Shown here in pieces: positions 13,489 to 28,400 of a stretch of 64,000 nucleotides of DNA (position 1 is its first letter; each line of letters starts with the position of its first letter). A model generated the notes under the pieces. It ran no database searches, was not told where the DNA came from, and saw only the letters and a list, made by a program, of their open reading frames with translations. The position numbers were made by a program, and so were the translations under genes. Source of the DNA: Tubulanus polymorphus (Eukaryota > Animalia > Nemertea); contig NC_134030.1 in the NCBI RefSeq assembly GCF_964204645.1, positions 12,545,947 to 12,609,946 on the forward strand, read 5' to 3'.

Positions 13489-16400
13489 CTGAAAAATTTT
13501 CGACAAAATAAAAAGATTACAGGCCTGATGACACTTAGGTGACTGCCGATTGTATCATGCTTGACTGAGGACCATCCATTTAGTACGTCTATCTCATATG
13601 TATAGATATATTTAACACGTTCACTGCCACCTAGTGGTTTAACGTCCGGTCGCCATTGCCAACACTAATTTTTGACATTATACAATTTATATACTGCCAG
13701 CACTATTTGTACATTGATAGATAAATACACTGATCTATTTTAGTGTAAAAAACCAATGACGAGATAACTCGTCACTGGCACTGGTGAAAGGATTCTCAAT
13801 TTTTTCTTGTCCCCATTGCCAGTGAAAAGCGTGAAAAATCAAATAAAAATCTAAAAGAATAAAAGTCTTATTTTGAAAATGATAATAGAATGATTTTAGT
13901 CGTTATATTCTCTCTAAATATTGGCCAGAAAAGAAGCTAAAATGCATTGCTTTCTGAAGATTTTTTTTAAAAAATTTCAAGTGTGCACCAGACTTGAGTT
14001 ACCCCCATAAATAATATCTTAGTCTCTCCATACTGCCAGACAATTATTATCTAGTTTCTCGCCTCTGCCAGGTCATTCATAACGCTGTAAAATGACTTTG
14101 AATCGATGACGATATAACTCGTCATGGCAAACTGCGGCGCACCCACCATGACGATTTATCTCGTCAGCGGCAGCGAACGTGTTAAATTTGTAATAAAAAT
14201 TATCTATTTATACATCAATTTAGAATTTCGTCCCAAGTAAGACAATTTGATTAATATTTTTAAAATCATTTTCTGGTTTGGAAGTTAATTGTAACGAGGT
14301 TCCACTGTATAACATAACTTGTAAGAACAGGTCATTGTTGAGGTGTTGCCCACCCAGGTGACAACTGTTGTTGGTTGTAATAAACTTTATACAGTGTTTT
14401 CATTGATAGCCGGGACTCGGGTCCCGGACCCGTCTGTTAGTCCTTTTAGACCCGGCTGATATTTTCAAACCGAATTCGTTCCCGAATGGCTTTTGTCGGC
14501 TATCGGCACGACTGTGTATTTTCTGGTCAGAAGTATTTATGAATATACGCTCGACACACGCGACAACTGCCGCGTGGTTTGACTCTACTCACTATTGCTA
14601 GCTTTGAGAAAAACGCGCCTTGACGCGTTTTCCAAGAAATTGGCAATGTTCCAATCAGCTGTCAGCGAAGCTGGAAGTGCCACGCATGTTGGCTGTTGCT
14701 ACAGGATTCCGTTCATAGCAGGTTTTACAATCATTGAATTATTAAAAGGGAAATTCAAGGCCTTGAATTCAGCAATGGTCTTCAAAATCGATTTAGGGCC
14801 TTTAATTTAAAAAATATTGCAAATCTATAGATTTATGATTGTTTTTGTAATAATGGAAATCTTGACAACAGTGTGAGACCCGGTGTGACGATGTTTAATG
14901 CGAGATATATAAATTGTATTGATTTCTTTTCACTGTTGTACGGAAGGTGTCTATTTTGAATCATTGGGGAAAACCCACTACCACAAATAACCAAGATAAA
15001 TCATCATGCAGTTGTGTGTGATATCGTGGAGATCATGTCCATTGGCGGATTTTCATACAAATTCATTGGTTCAAGGGGACACATGTTAGGCTTTTTTAAT
15101 CACTTGGAGCACGGATCCCCTTTGACTTTATCATATCTAACTTTAAAACAAACTTTTTCCTGATATTTCCATCTTGACTTATGATCTATTTATGATCATT
15201 TGAAAAAAGTAAGATTTCTCCTCATTGGAATTCAATCCAATCCAGTTTTCATTCTTTATTTTTCTGCAGTCCATCAAAGATTTTACAAGGAAAATACCCA
15301 AAGAAGGAAGCTATGATCCCTTCCATTTTGAAAGATCTGTGATCTTAGAAATATATTTCATATAAGATTGTAAATTTCATTTTCTCCTTCAACCTTTCAT
15401 TTATGCTGGTAAAATCAGTAGGCCTACTCCAACCATTTTTAAAGGGCCTTAGTATGGGCATTTGGTCACTGGCTCGAAAAATTGCAAGTTTCTTAAAAAG
15501 TTGCTGCAGTTGGCAGTGAATTTTATATAAGATGGGCAGTCAATGGCAGTGAAATTCACTTTTCTAGCTTCACCAAGAATCTTAGTGTCTGATGTACCAC
15601 AGACACTAAGATGAGAACGACATTTTCTCGATACTTTTAGATCACTGCAGCTTTAAACCCCCAGAAATCCAGTTTCACTAAACCGATTGTGAAAAATAAA
15701 CTATCGTTACAAACCTCATACATTCAGTTTTCTTATTATTATATTCATTCGGAGGTTCCTTCAGTTAGTGTAGATAGTTTATTCATCAAAATCGGTTGTT
15801 TATTTGCTGAGATATTGCAGTTTGAACACGGACAAAAAAGCCGACCAAATTCTGGTCGGTAACTGTACAGCGACTTTGAATGCATGCATCTGGGTGGTTG
15901 GTTACACTAGAATCGTAGAGCGACGGAGATCACTGGGTGGAGACAACCACTGCCAGTGCTGGGTGAATTTTCTAGCCTGATTTTCTTGTAAAAAGTGCTA
16001 ACTAAGGTTTGAAAAAAGTGCGTTTAAGTGCTTATATATTTCCTTATATAGCCTTACAACTATGTCATGGTTGTGAGGCTATAGGAAAAATAGGAGGGGG
16101 CTGTAAATCAAGGCTTTTGTTAAATCGAGGTTTGACTGTGTGTTAATATTCAGTGGTGAATCAATTGCCGGAATTAAAAAAAGGAAAGAAATTCCATTTA
16201 TGAACCAATTAACCCACCTCTTGTTGAATATTTCCTATAACTTGCTTGTTATTTTGCACCAGATTTTCTTCTTCCTCTTCACTTTCTTCTGATTCACGAA
16301 GAGCTCGTGGAATGACAAATGGCCTTTAAAACAAAACAGGGACACCATGTCCACTTGGGAAGTGGTTTCAAATGCTCAACAATCAAACAATTTCAATACT

Positions 16401-19400
16401 CAACGCCCCTGGTGACCATATACAAAAATAAATGATCTTGAAACTCACCACAATCATAGAGGATGTCATGAGCTACAACTTTGCAATTGATTGTGGTAAC
16501 AAAATATGCATTGGTACAAAAATAATATAGAAATGCTAAGATATTGTATTATTCAACGCTCCCTGGTGACAATATACAACTAGGGGTCCAGGGACACCAT
16601 GCCCACTTGGGAAGTGGTTTCAAATGCTCAACAATCTAACAATTTCAATATTCAACACCCTGGTGACCACATACAAAAACCAATGACCTTGAAACTAACC
16701 ACAATCATAGAACATGTCAGCAGCTACGATTTTGTAATTGATTGTGATAACAAAATATGCCTCGTTACCAATTAAATATGGAAATACTAAGTTATTCTAC
16801 TATTCAACGCCCCCCTGGTGACCATATTCAAAACCCAATGTCCTTGAAACTCACCATAATCATAGAACATGTCATGAACAACAACTTTGCAATTGACCAT
16901 GGTAACAAAATATGCTTACTTACCAATATGATAAGGAAATACTAGGTTATTCTACTATTCAACGCCCCCTGGTGACCATATAGAATAACTAATTTCCTTA
17001 AAACTCACCACAATCATAGACGATGTCATGAGCTATTACTATGCAATTGATTGTGGTAACAAAATATGTATTGGTACAAATATAATATAGAAATACTAAG
17101 ATATTGTATTATTCAACGCCCCCTGGTGGCCATATACATAAACCAATGACCTTGAAACTCTTGAATCAAAGTCATCATAGAACACGTGGTAAGCTACAAC
17201 TTTCTAATTCATTATTGTAACAAAATATGCTTAGGTATCAATATAATGTCGAAAAACTTTTTCCCACCTACGAATGAGTACTAATGACACCAAGATGGCC
17301 ACCAATTGCGTCATAATTGGCTGATCAAAAATACCTGTCTCAGGTATAAAACATCCCTTTCCAAAGAATACCCTTCCGCAATCGCAATGAGAACTGGTAG
17401 ACGACCATCCTAGGACGACCATCTTGAGTCCGATCGACCCAATTTTTGTTATGCCGATGGGCCCTGAGGGGGTTCAAATATATACGAAAGCTCAAGGTAA
17501 TTGATCAAGGCGTCTTCAAAATTTCCCTCAAAAAGTTCAAAAATGTGTAAAAAGTGCTGATTTTGGCTAACAACAATGGCTGCCAGTCGGCCATCTTGAT
17601 TCTGACAGGGCCAGTTTTTGGGCTGAAGATGTGCCTAGGGTAGATACATGTATAAACCAAATATCAAGACAATACCGTGAAGCGTCTTCAAAACTTCTCA
17701 GAATAACTTGATTCCGTCTAGAGACGGAAGAAAAGTGAACGCAATAGCCCACTGGGACTAAAGTCCCAAGTGGGCTAAAAACTGAGAATATATCTGCCTA
17801 CCAGTCATCATAGGTTTTCTCCCCTAATCCCTTTTTTTAAATGGGCATAAGTATTATATATTAATTGATTCTCTTTACAGCCTATTTATTGTAAATAAAA
17901 AACACATAATTATTGATTCCTTTGAATAACTGCGATACTATTTATATCTATTTATTTCCTATTGTATGTTTTGATATTTTGACACGTATATTGTATGAAC
18001 CTCCTTATACTTTCATAATCAGGAGAATAAAAGTTTAATCTAATCTTATCTAATCTAGACCTCCTAAGTAACATTGTACTTAAGTTTCATCAGTATCAAC
18101 CCACTATTAACAAAGCTATGTAGCTGAAAGACACACACACGCACGCCCGCACAAATTGAAACCAACTTGTAAAACAGGCAATAATAGCCGCTTGATAGCC
18201 GAGCTTAAAATGGTAAATAAAATTTTAGGCGGTCCTTTTACCTCCGCGAAGTAAGTTCATCTGCCGAGTCTGCATCTTCAGCACCAACATTGTCATCATA
18301 TGTGTCATCATATTCATCTTCATATAAATCCCTTGAGAATACATCATCTGCATCAATATTTGCGTAAAGGTTGTACTGTGGTTGAAAGTTGGTCAGATCA
18401 ACCTTCTCATCGAGAAGAGACATATCTACTTTATCTCTGAATACAAAACAATAATATATGTTCCTATAAACAACCAAAAAGCATGTAAATTGGATTAAGA
18501 TTTGGACTAAATGCCTTACTTCTTCCCCCTATGAATACGTGACAGGTCAACAGAATCCTTATTGAATATGTCAAATTCATCATTGTCATAGATATTATGC
18601 CTGTGAAGAATATCCTTTCCCGTATCACTCATCTGAGTCGGTTGATTCCTGAAAAAAAAAGAAAAAAATAATACTTGAAAAGATAAAAAGATAAGTGCAA
18701 AAAATACTTAATACGTACATCTGAACAATGCTGGAATACATATCATAACCATAAGGCAGCATGTCAGGCGTGTCTTAAAGCATCATAAAAAATTATCATC
18801 TAAGTGAATTGTTTACTCATGTGGTTAAAATGCGAGTTTCTTATATTCAAATATCAATAGCAGGTTACAGGTCCTGATGCCCAATGACATAAAATGTACA
18901 AATTACGTAACCTAATATTTTTCGTCGCCAGTTGTTTAACACTTAATTGACTGATTGAAATTTTGTATGATCTGTTGAAGGTCCTGGTATTTCTAAGTAT
19001 ACCCATCACAAACTAACACAATGTTCAGAGGCGTTTTGACATTTGACATAGTTGCAAATGTACAGTGAACCTACATTAGAACCTTGTCTATTCGTAGACA
19101 TGTGCAGATAAGATTGAGATGGAAACCTTGTGCATGTACGAAATTTACAAATTGGAGTGTATTTCATGATTTTACAGTTCTTGAAGTAATGTGAGGATCG
19201 ATACATATTATCATGAAAATGGATTGGATGACTGTTTTAATTTGATTTAATTTGAAGTATTTCACCTCTCCAATTGTCGATCTATTTCTTGTAATGAAGG
19301 AGGCAGTCTTTCTTCTAATATACCATTTATCACTCGTTCTACATCATACTGATATTCTTCAAGACAAATCTGTAAAATAAGATTCATTCACATACTAGAA

Positions 19401-22400
19401 ATGCCAGCAATGGGCAGACTAATACTTCCCATAAATGCAGTTTGAGTTAGAAAAGGTTGGCATTGTATACAAAGGATTGCCGCATTGGGACGATCAATTT
19501 ACAAATCAGAAAAATGCAACATAGATTTTTTCATTCGCCAATTTTTTGGCTTCAATATTTACTGCTCACTGATCACATTTTAGCTGCTGCCATCCTGCCT
19601 CGGCAGGGATTCGAACCTGATGGCATCGCTACTCTCTGCCATGGCACCAACCCCTGCCACACTATACAGGGATCATAACGAGTTGCGTGAAATACGTCGG
19701 AGGTGGGCCAGAAAAATCATTTTCAAAACCCAATATGGCTCCATGTCGGTCACTTTGCCACAAAAATTGTCCTTAGTTTTAGAGTTATAGGCCAATACAA
19801 TATGATAGATGTAAAGAATCAACATGGCTGCCAGCTGGCTATCTTTGATCTTGAAATAGATTGCAGGTGCACAAGGTCCTACTAAACCTGAACGTTCTAT
19901 CAAGATACAAATTATCTGTGGACGAGTTCTTTGGACAAGATATGTTGATCAATGGACGGATGTGCATATACACAGACCCAGAGATATTTAAGTAGAAGCT
20001 GACTCCAGTACAGAATTGTTATGCGTAATAAATCAGTTATGAAAATGCCTAGTAGCAATTGAGTTAAAATTTTGACTTTTGTGGCTTTTTCTCTCGTATG
20101 AAGATAAACAGTTATTTGTCCATGGAAATAAATGTATTGATTCATATGTATTATATATGCACCTCAATAAAACCGTTGCCAAGGTTTGGAAGTAGATCTT
20201 TCACAGCTGATACTAAAGATTCCAATTCGATGCCAGTTTTTCTCATTGCACATGCACCATTTCCTTCTGATAGTTCAACCTAAAAATGAAAAGGCACATG
20301 AAACATGAATTGAAACACTAGCATGATTGGATACTTTTGATTCTTACCTTTGATTCTGATACTCTATCCAATGAAAAGCCCTATTTCAGACATTATGAAT
20401 TATTTTTATAAGATTGATTTAAGAAATTTCAGAAAAAAGCATTTCTATGGTGTAATGTTTTGTGTTATAAGTCATGTAAGTTAAGATCAATCAAGCTATC
20501 TTAGGAGACGGAGCATACAGATTAAAAAAAAACAGCTGAGTGGTATTTTACCATACATTGTGAATTTAATAATTTGCATAGGCAGCAACATGAATAACTA
20601 GGGGTCCAGGAACACCATGCCCACTAGGGTAGTGGTTTGGAATGCTCGAAAATCAGAAAATATCAATATTCAATGCTCCTGGTGAACTTATAAAGAAACC
20701 AATGACCTTGAAACTCACCACAATCATGGATCATGCCATGAGCTACAATTTTGCATGGTACCGTTAACAAAATTCAATATGAAAATAGAAAGTTATTCTG
20801 CAATTCAATGCCCCCTGGTGACCATATAAAAAACCAATGACCATGAAACTCACTACAATTACAGGTATAGAATAATAGTATTAATTAATATAGCTGCAAA
20901 GCAGCGATAACGGGTTTTCTGCACAGTCTTAGAATCCTGTTCAACGGTGGATTTCAACAAAGCATTTGATAAGGCTCAACATCAGCCATTACTAAACAGG
21001 CTACTAGGAAACAGTATCAATGATAGGTCGCCCAAATGGCTCAGCAGTTATCTCTGAACGGAAACTTGTAACCGAAATCAACGGAACGCCTCATCTTGGA
21101 ATGAGACGGTCTAACTAGTGGAGTCACTCAAGGTAGTATCCTAAGTCGTCTTCTGTTTAATGTCCTGACAAATGACATACACAGTAATCCAAAATATACT
21201 AGACCGAGTAAATTTCCAAAACGACCTTAACACACTGTTCGACCAAAAAACTTAATGTTCCGACAAAACCACGGGCGACAAAACCAAAATAATGAATTGT
21301 CGCGGGTGACAAAACCAAAATATTGAATTGTCACGGGCGACAAAACCAAAATAATGAATTGTCGCGGGCGATAAAACCAAAATAATGAATTGTCGCGGGC
21401 GATAAAACCACAATAATGAATTGTCGCGGGCGTTAAAACCAAAAAATATTGAATTGTTGTAGGGGGATAAAACCAAAATAATGAATTGTCGCGGACGACA
21501 AAAACAAAATATTGAATTGTTGCGTGCGACAAAAGCAAAAAAATGAATTGTCGCGGGCGACAAAACCAAACTAGGGGTCCAGGGACACCGTGCTCACTTG
21601 GGAAGTGGTTTCAAAAGCTCAACAATCTAACAATTTCAATACATAACGTCCTCTAGTGACCATATACAAAAACCAATGAACTTGAAACCCACCACAATCA
21701 TAGAACATGTGAGCAGCTATGATTTTGTAATTGATTGTGATAACAAAATATGCCTCGTTACCAATTTAATATGGAAATACTAAGTTATTCCACTATTCAA
21801 CGCCCCCTGGTGACCATATGCAAAACCCAATGACCTTAAAACTCACCACAATCGTAGTACATGTCATGAAATACAACTTTGCAATTGATCATAGTAACAA
21901 AATATGCCTAGGTACCAATCTAATAAGGAAATACTAAGCCATTCTACTATTCAACGCCCCCTGGTGACTATATGGAATAACTAATGTCCTTAAAAACTCA
22001 CCGCAATCATAGACAATGTCATGAACTACAACTTTGCAATGGATCATGGTAACAAACTATGCCTAGGTACCAATCTAATAAGGAAAAACTAAGCTTTTCT
22101 ACTATTCAACGCCCCCTGGTGACTATATGGAATAACTAATATCCTTAAAAACTCACCACAATCATAGACGATGTCATGCACTACAACTTTGCAATTGATC
22201 ATGGTAACAAAATATGCCTTGGTACAAATATAATATAGCAATACTAAGTTATTGTATTATTCAACGCCCCCTGATGGCCACATACAAAAACCAATGACCT
22301 TGAAACTCACCAAAATCATAGAACACGTTATGGGCTACAACTTTCCAATTGAATATAGTAACACAATATGCTTAGGTATCAATTTAATGTGGAAAAACTT

Positions 22401-25400
22401 TTTCCCACCTACGAATGTGTACTGATGACACCAAGATGGCCGCCAATTGCGTCATAATTGGCTGATCAAAAATACCTGTCCCAGGTATAAAACATCCCTC
22501 TCTAAAGAATACCCATCAGCAATTGCAATGAGAAATGGCAAACCAGTAGGAAGCTACAGGACCTAGAATTCTGGCCAAAATTAACATTTTTGGGCACTAA
22601 AAAGGTCATAGGACGGCCATCTTGAGTCAGATCGACCCAATTTTCTTATGCTGATGGGCCTATGGGAGATTCAAATATAAACGAAAAATCACGAAAACTT
22701 CGAAAATGTTTAAAAAGTGCTGATTTTGGCAAACAACAATGGCTGCCACTCGGCCATCTTGCATCTGACAGGGCCAGTTTTTGGGCTGACGATGTCTCTA
22801 GGGTAGATACATGTATAAACCAAATATCAAGACATTACCTTGAAGCGTCTTCAAAACTTCCCAAAATAACTGGATTCCGTCTACGGACGGACGGACGGAC
22901 GAAAAGTGAACGCAATAGCCCGCTGGGAATAAAGTCCCAAGTGGACTGAAAAAGAATTGTTGCTGGCGACAAAACCAAACTAATGAACTGTCGCGGGCGA
23001 TAAAACCAAAATATTGAATTGTCGCGGGCGATAAAACCAAAATATTGAATTGTCGCGGGCGACAAAACCAAAAAAAAAATTGTCGCTGGCGACAAAAACA
23101 AAATATAAAACCAAAATAATGAATTGTCGCGGGCGTCAAAACCAAAAAGAAGAATTGTCCCGGGCGACAAAACCAAAATAATGAATTGTCGCTGGAGATA
23201 AAACCAAAGTAATGAATTGTCGTGGGCGAAAAAACCAAACCAATGAATTGTCGCAGGCTACAAAACCAAAAAAACAATTGTCGGGGCGACAAAACAAAAA
23301 TAATGAATTGTGGCGGGCGATAAAACCAAAATATTGAATTGTCGCGGGCGATGAAACCAAAATAATGAATTGTCGCGGGCAACAAAACCAAAATGGTGAA
23401 TTGTCCAGGCGACAAAACCAAAATGGTGAATTGTCGCGGGCGACAAAACCAAAATAATGAATTGTCGCGAGCGATAAAACCAAAATAATGAATTGTCGCG
23501 GGCGATAAAACCAAAATAATGAATTGTGGCGGGCGATAAAACCAAAATAATGAATTGTCGCGGGCGATAAAACCAAAATAATGAATTGTCGCGGGCGATA
23601 AAACCAAAATAATGAATTGTAGCGGGCTACAAAACCAAAATATTGAATTGTCGCGGGCAAAAAAACCAAAATATTGAATTGTCGCGGGCGATAAAACCAA
23701 ACTTATGAATTGTCACGGGCGACAAAACCAAAAAAAGAATTGTCGCGGGCGACAAAACCAAAATAATGAATTGTCGCGGGCGATAAAACCGTAATAATGA
23801 ATTTTAGCGGGCGATAAAACCAAAATAATGAATAGTCTCAGGCGACAAAACCAAAATAATGAATTATCGTGGGCGATAAAACCAAAATAATGAATTGTCG
23901 CGGGCGACAAAACCAAAATATTGAATTGTCGCGGGCGACAAAACCAAACTAATGAATTGTCGCGGGCGACAAAACCAAAACAAGAGCCCCAAGGGGCACA
24001 ATGGCCAGCCTGTCAGATTTGCTTTTTATAAATGATGTAATCTGTGGGTTATATTTATCAATATACACTCCCTGCTCAATATCATTTACATAGTAAAATC
24101 GTGTGTTAACGCAGACAGCAGGAACGAATGTAATATAGAAATACTAAAAGCTTGAAACTCACCTCGATCATAGAACATGTCATGAGCTACAACTTTCCAA
24201 TTGATTATAGTAGCAAAATATGCTTAAGTATCAATTATGATGTGGAAAAACTTTTTTTCCGCCTACGAATGAGTACTGATGACCCCAAGATGGCCGCCAA
24301 GTGCGTCATAATTGCCTGGTCAAAAATACCCTCTCGGATATAAAAGATCCCTTTCCAAAGAATACCCATTACAAATTGCAATGAAACATGGCGCACCATT
24401 AGAAAGCTACAGTACTCAGAATTCAGGCCAAAATTGACATTTTTGGGAACAAAAAAGGTCACAGTACGGCCATCTTGAGTCCGATCAACTCAATTTTTCA
24501 CATACCGATGGGCCCTCGGGGGATACAAATATATACGAATGATCAAGGTTATTGATAAAAGTGTCTTCAAAATTTCCCTCGAAAACTTCAAAAATGTGTA
24601 AAAAGTGCTGATTTTGGCGAACAACAATGGCTGCCAGTCGGCCATCTTGAATCTGACAGGGCCAGTTTTTGGCCTGAAGATGTGTCTAGGGTAGATACAC
24701 GTATAAAACAAATATCAAGACATTACCTTGAAGCGTCTTCAAAACTTTGGAACTCTCACGAACTATCTAGATGGTTATCTCTCGACCTCAATAGCTTCAA
24801 GACCCATCTCAAAACAACTTTGTTCCATGCAGCATACCATTAACTCTCGGAAAGCAAATTGTATTTAACATTTTTTGGCAGAATAAAATTTGATTGAATT
24901 TGCAATTTGGGCACATGGCTAATTAGCATATCAAGGTCATACACCCGATTTGGTAAAACCTTTTTTTCGCGAACCTTGCGCAAATGTCAAGGATGAATTT
25001 TCTGTAGAGCAAATAAAAATTCCTCCCAAACACCAAATCAACTAAAGATTTCATAGAAATCGATCTTGAAATACAATTTTAAACCTTAAAATAAAACCCG
25101 GAAGTAAAACAGTAGACGATACCGCGGATTCACGTGAACACCTGATTTCTGTAAACGAAATGTTGGTTGTGACAAAATTGTTCAGACGGTTTTAGGTGGT
25201 AATAAGTACGGAAACGTAACGACCATGGTCGACTTATTCGATGAAATCAGGCCTATGTGATATCCAAATTTTGACTTTTTTATTCTCCAGACCTCCCTGA
25301 TATAGAAATAAAAAATTTTGGTGGTACGAAAGTGCAATCACAGCGCCGACGGGGACAGAGCCGTGTCAGAGATCGGCGGAGTGAAAATTGAGGTGGACGA

Positions 25401-28400
25401 ACTCGAAGATGTAGGCTATTGCGCTACTTGAATCACGAAAACTCCTGGCGCGGCCCCGACGCTTTTCGTTGATTAAGTAATACAAATATCATGCAATGGG
25501 TTTTCACAATCTACCGCTGGTATTTACCGGATTTCAATATCACTCCAAAATTCAAAGAAACCTCGAAATATCGAACCGGAACACATCCGGTACTGTAGAT
25601 ATCCGCGGCTGCCCAACCGGGAAACTTATTTGTTTCAATAGATATTGATAGGATCCATCATCTTCACCCGTCAAGGGATTCGAACCCACTAAGCTAAAGC
25701 CATGCCAGAATCGCGTCGGGCCAATCACAGCGCTTGTAACAAACCACATTAGGCTTCTGTGGAATTTCCCAGTAAATGGGCCAATCAGCGAACACGTAGC
25801 GAACGCGGAAGTATTGTCGCGTGTTGATACATGACGTCATGCGCAAAAGCGCCAGTAATGAAATCGCGATAATTCACGTGAACAGCTGCTGATATTTTCA
25901 GATAAACCAATCACAGGGAAGACACAACTTCCTGATTGGCTGATAAAAATTGAAATTTTCATGATTTAACTTTCGTGAAAAATGCAGAAAACATTTTTAT
26001 GAGACCCTATTTCAAAATTCTGCTCGCTACGATTCCGAGAATGGATTACGCTTAAATACGTGATTTGTTCGAATATGCCCTCACTTGGCAAGCAAAAGAG
26101 CCTTTTGTGTGGAAACCATGTCATTTAAATTCGCTCCATTTGTATAGTAATAGGCTCAGCCTACGGCTAAAAAGAATTGTCGTGGGCGACAAAACCAAAA
26201 TAATGAATTGTCGCGGGCGACAAAACCAAAATAATGAATTGTCGCGGGCGACAAAACCAAAATAATGAATTATCGCGGGCGATAAAACCAAAATATTGAA
26301 TTTTCGCAGGCGATAAAACCAAAATATTGAATTGTCGCGGGCGACAAAACCAAACTAATGAATTGTTGCGGGCGATAAAACCAAAATAATGAATTGTCGA
26401 GGGCGAGAAAACCAAAATAATGAATTTTCGCAGGCGATAAAACCAAAATATTGAATTGTCGCGGGCGACAAAACCAATAAAAGAAAATTGTCACTGGCGA
26501 CAAAAACAAAATATAAAACCAAAATAATGAATTGTCGCGGGCGATAAAACCATAATAATGAATTTTCTCAGGCGACAAAACTAAAATAATGAATTGTCTC
26601 AGGCGACAAAACTAAAATAATGAATTATCGCGGGCGATAAAACCAAAATATTGAATTGTCGCGGGCGACAAAACCAAAAAAGAAAATTGTCGCGGGCGAC
26701 AAAAACAAAATATAAAACCAAAATAATGAATTGTCGCGGGCGACAAAACCAAAAAGAAGAATTGTCGCGGGCGACAAAACCAAAATAATGAATTGTCGCT
26801 GGCGATAAATAACCAAAGTAATGAATTTTCGTGGGCGATAAAACCAAAATATTGAATTTTTGCGGGCGACAAAACCAAAAAGAAGAATTGTCGCGGGCGA
26901 CAAAACCAAAATAATAAATTGTCGCTGGCGATAAAACCAAAGTAAAGAATTGTCGCGGGCGATAAAACCAAAATAATAATGTCAACAAAGGCTTACCCCA
27001 AATTTCAAGTGTGACTCCAGCATACCGAAAAGAGTGTGTTATATACTTGTATTTAGTAAATACCTTGTGCATTTGACAATGATCGGTATGTACTGTAGGA
27101 AATATAGAGTATTGATGGTATTGATATAGAGGTTGAAGCCCGCGGCCGAATAAAGTAACATAACAGCTTTTCTCCGCTATATCTCTTCGGCGTGTTTACT
27201 TTAGGCCTATGACTCCCCGGTACACTCATGATTTATCTTAGTAAATACACAGTTAATTTGGTAAAGAAAAATAGGTATTGCTAAATTAACTGCTTAACGC
27301 CCGCAGCCAAATCACTGGTAGTAATCAATCAATTTGTACTCGATTTGATTCTCAGCCCCGGAACGACGATGTAGTGACACACGTCGATTTGACGATGTTT
27401 ACAACTCGACAGTGCTTTTAAAATCTAAAGTAGTAAATTTCCTGTGTATCAGTAATATAATTTGATGAGGAAAATGGGTTACCGTTAAAATTAGTTTTTG
27501 AAAACCGCGACAGAATGTGCAATCTTTCGGTAATAAATTTGTTAATTTATGCTTGAATTGAAAATCGATGTGACAAGAAACGTGCGGTAGATTTCGGAAA
27601 GACGACTTAAAAAACATGTCGGCTCTTTGAATGGGGCTCAATTTTCGATGTTTACGGCCCGACAGTGCTTTTGTAACGTTGATTCTTCAAAATTCGCACG
27701 GAGTATTTGTAGATCGAACTGAGCTGAATGATATCAGACGGATTGTATCGGCAACAGCGGTAATGTAAAAAAGCCTATGTACTTTTGACAAAAAATGTGT
27801 GGAAAAAAATAATAATAATAATAATAAATATAGCTGCAAAGCAGCGATGACGGGTTTTCTGTAAAGCCATTCAGAATGATGGGAATTGTAGTAAATTGAA
27901 ATATCGACACATAGAATAAAATGCATTGACAGATTCGAACCTAATATGCAACCACTGTGTAAACGTCAAATATGATTCAGCTTTGAAACTGAACATACGC
28001 GGACGTACAATCACAAATATTAATATATTTGACCAGGCATTTATTTTGGCATTCAAACATCATGATACTGTATTATCACCATCCTTAAAAATGGATCTGT
28101 CCTATTAAGAACTCATCTTAAGCACCTGCTGAGCCGATAGATTGAGTGAATTCACGGATAAGAACGTATTATGATTTAGAATAGATTCAAGAAGTTAATG
28201 TTTTTATTGAAATATTTGAATAAATACATATATTGTAGTGTAGATTCAATCAATAAATTATGAATTGATTTGGTCTGGGTTTCCGGCTGATGTTGATTTT
28301 GGCTTTTATGGATTACAAATTCTATAGTGATAAACAATTGATACCTGCAACATGTGTGTAAATCAAACCTATTCCACAAGTTGCGTGTGTTTCCTAATAA

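Noticed and set aside
21262-26980. CRISPR-like appearance of short hairpin-containing repeats
   Set aside because: Units are contiguous with no unique spacers, no cas genes, eukaryotic context.
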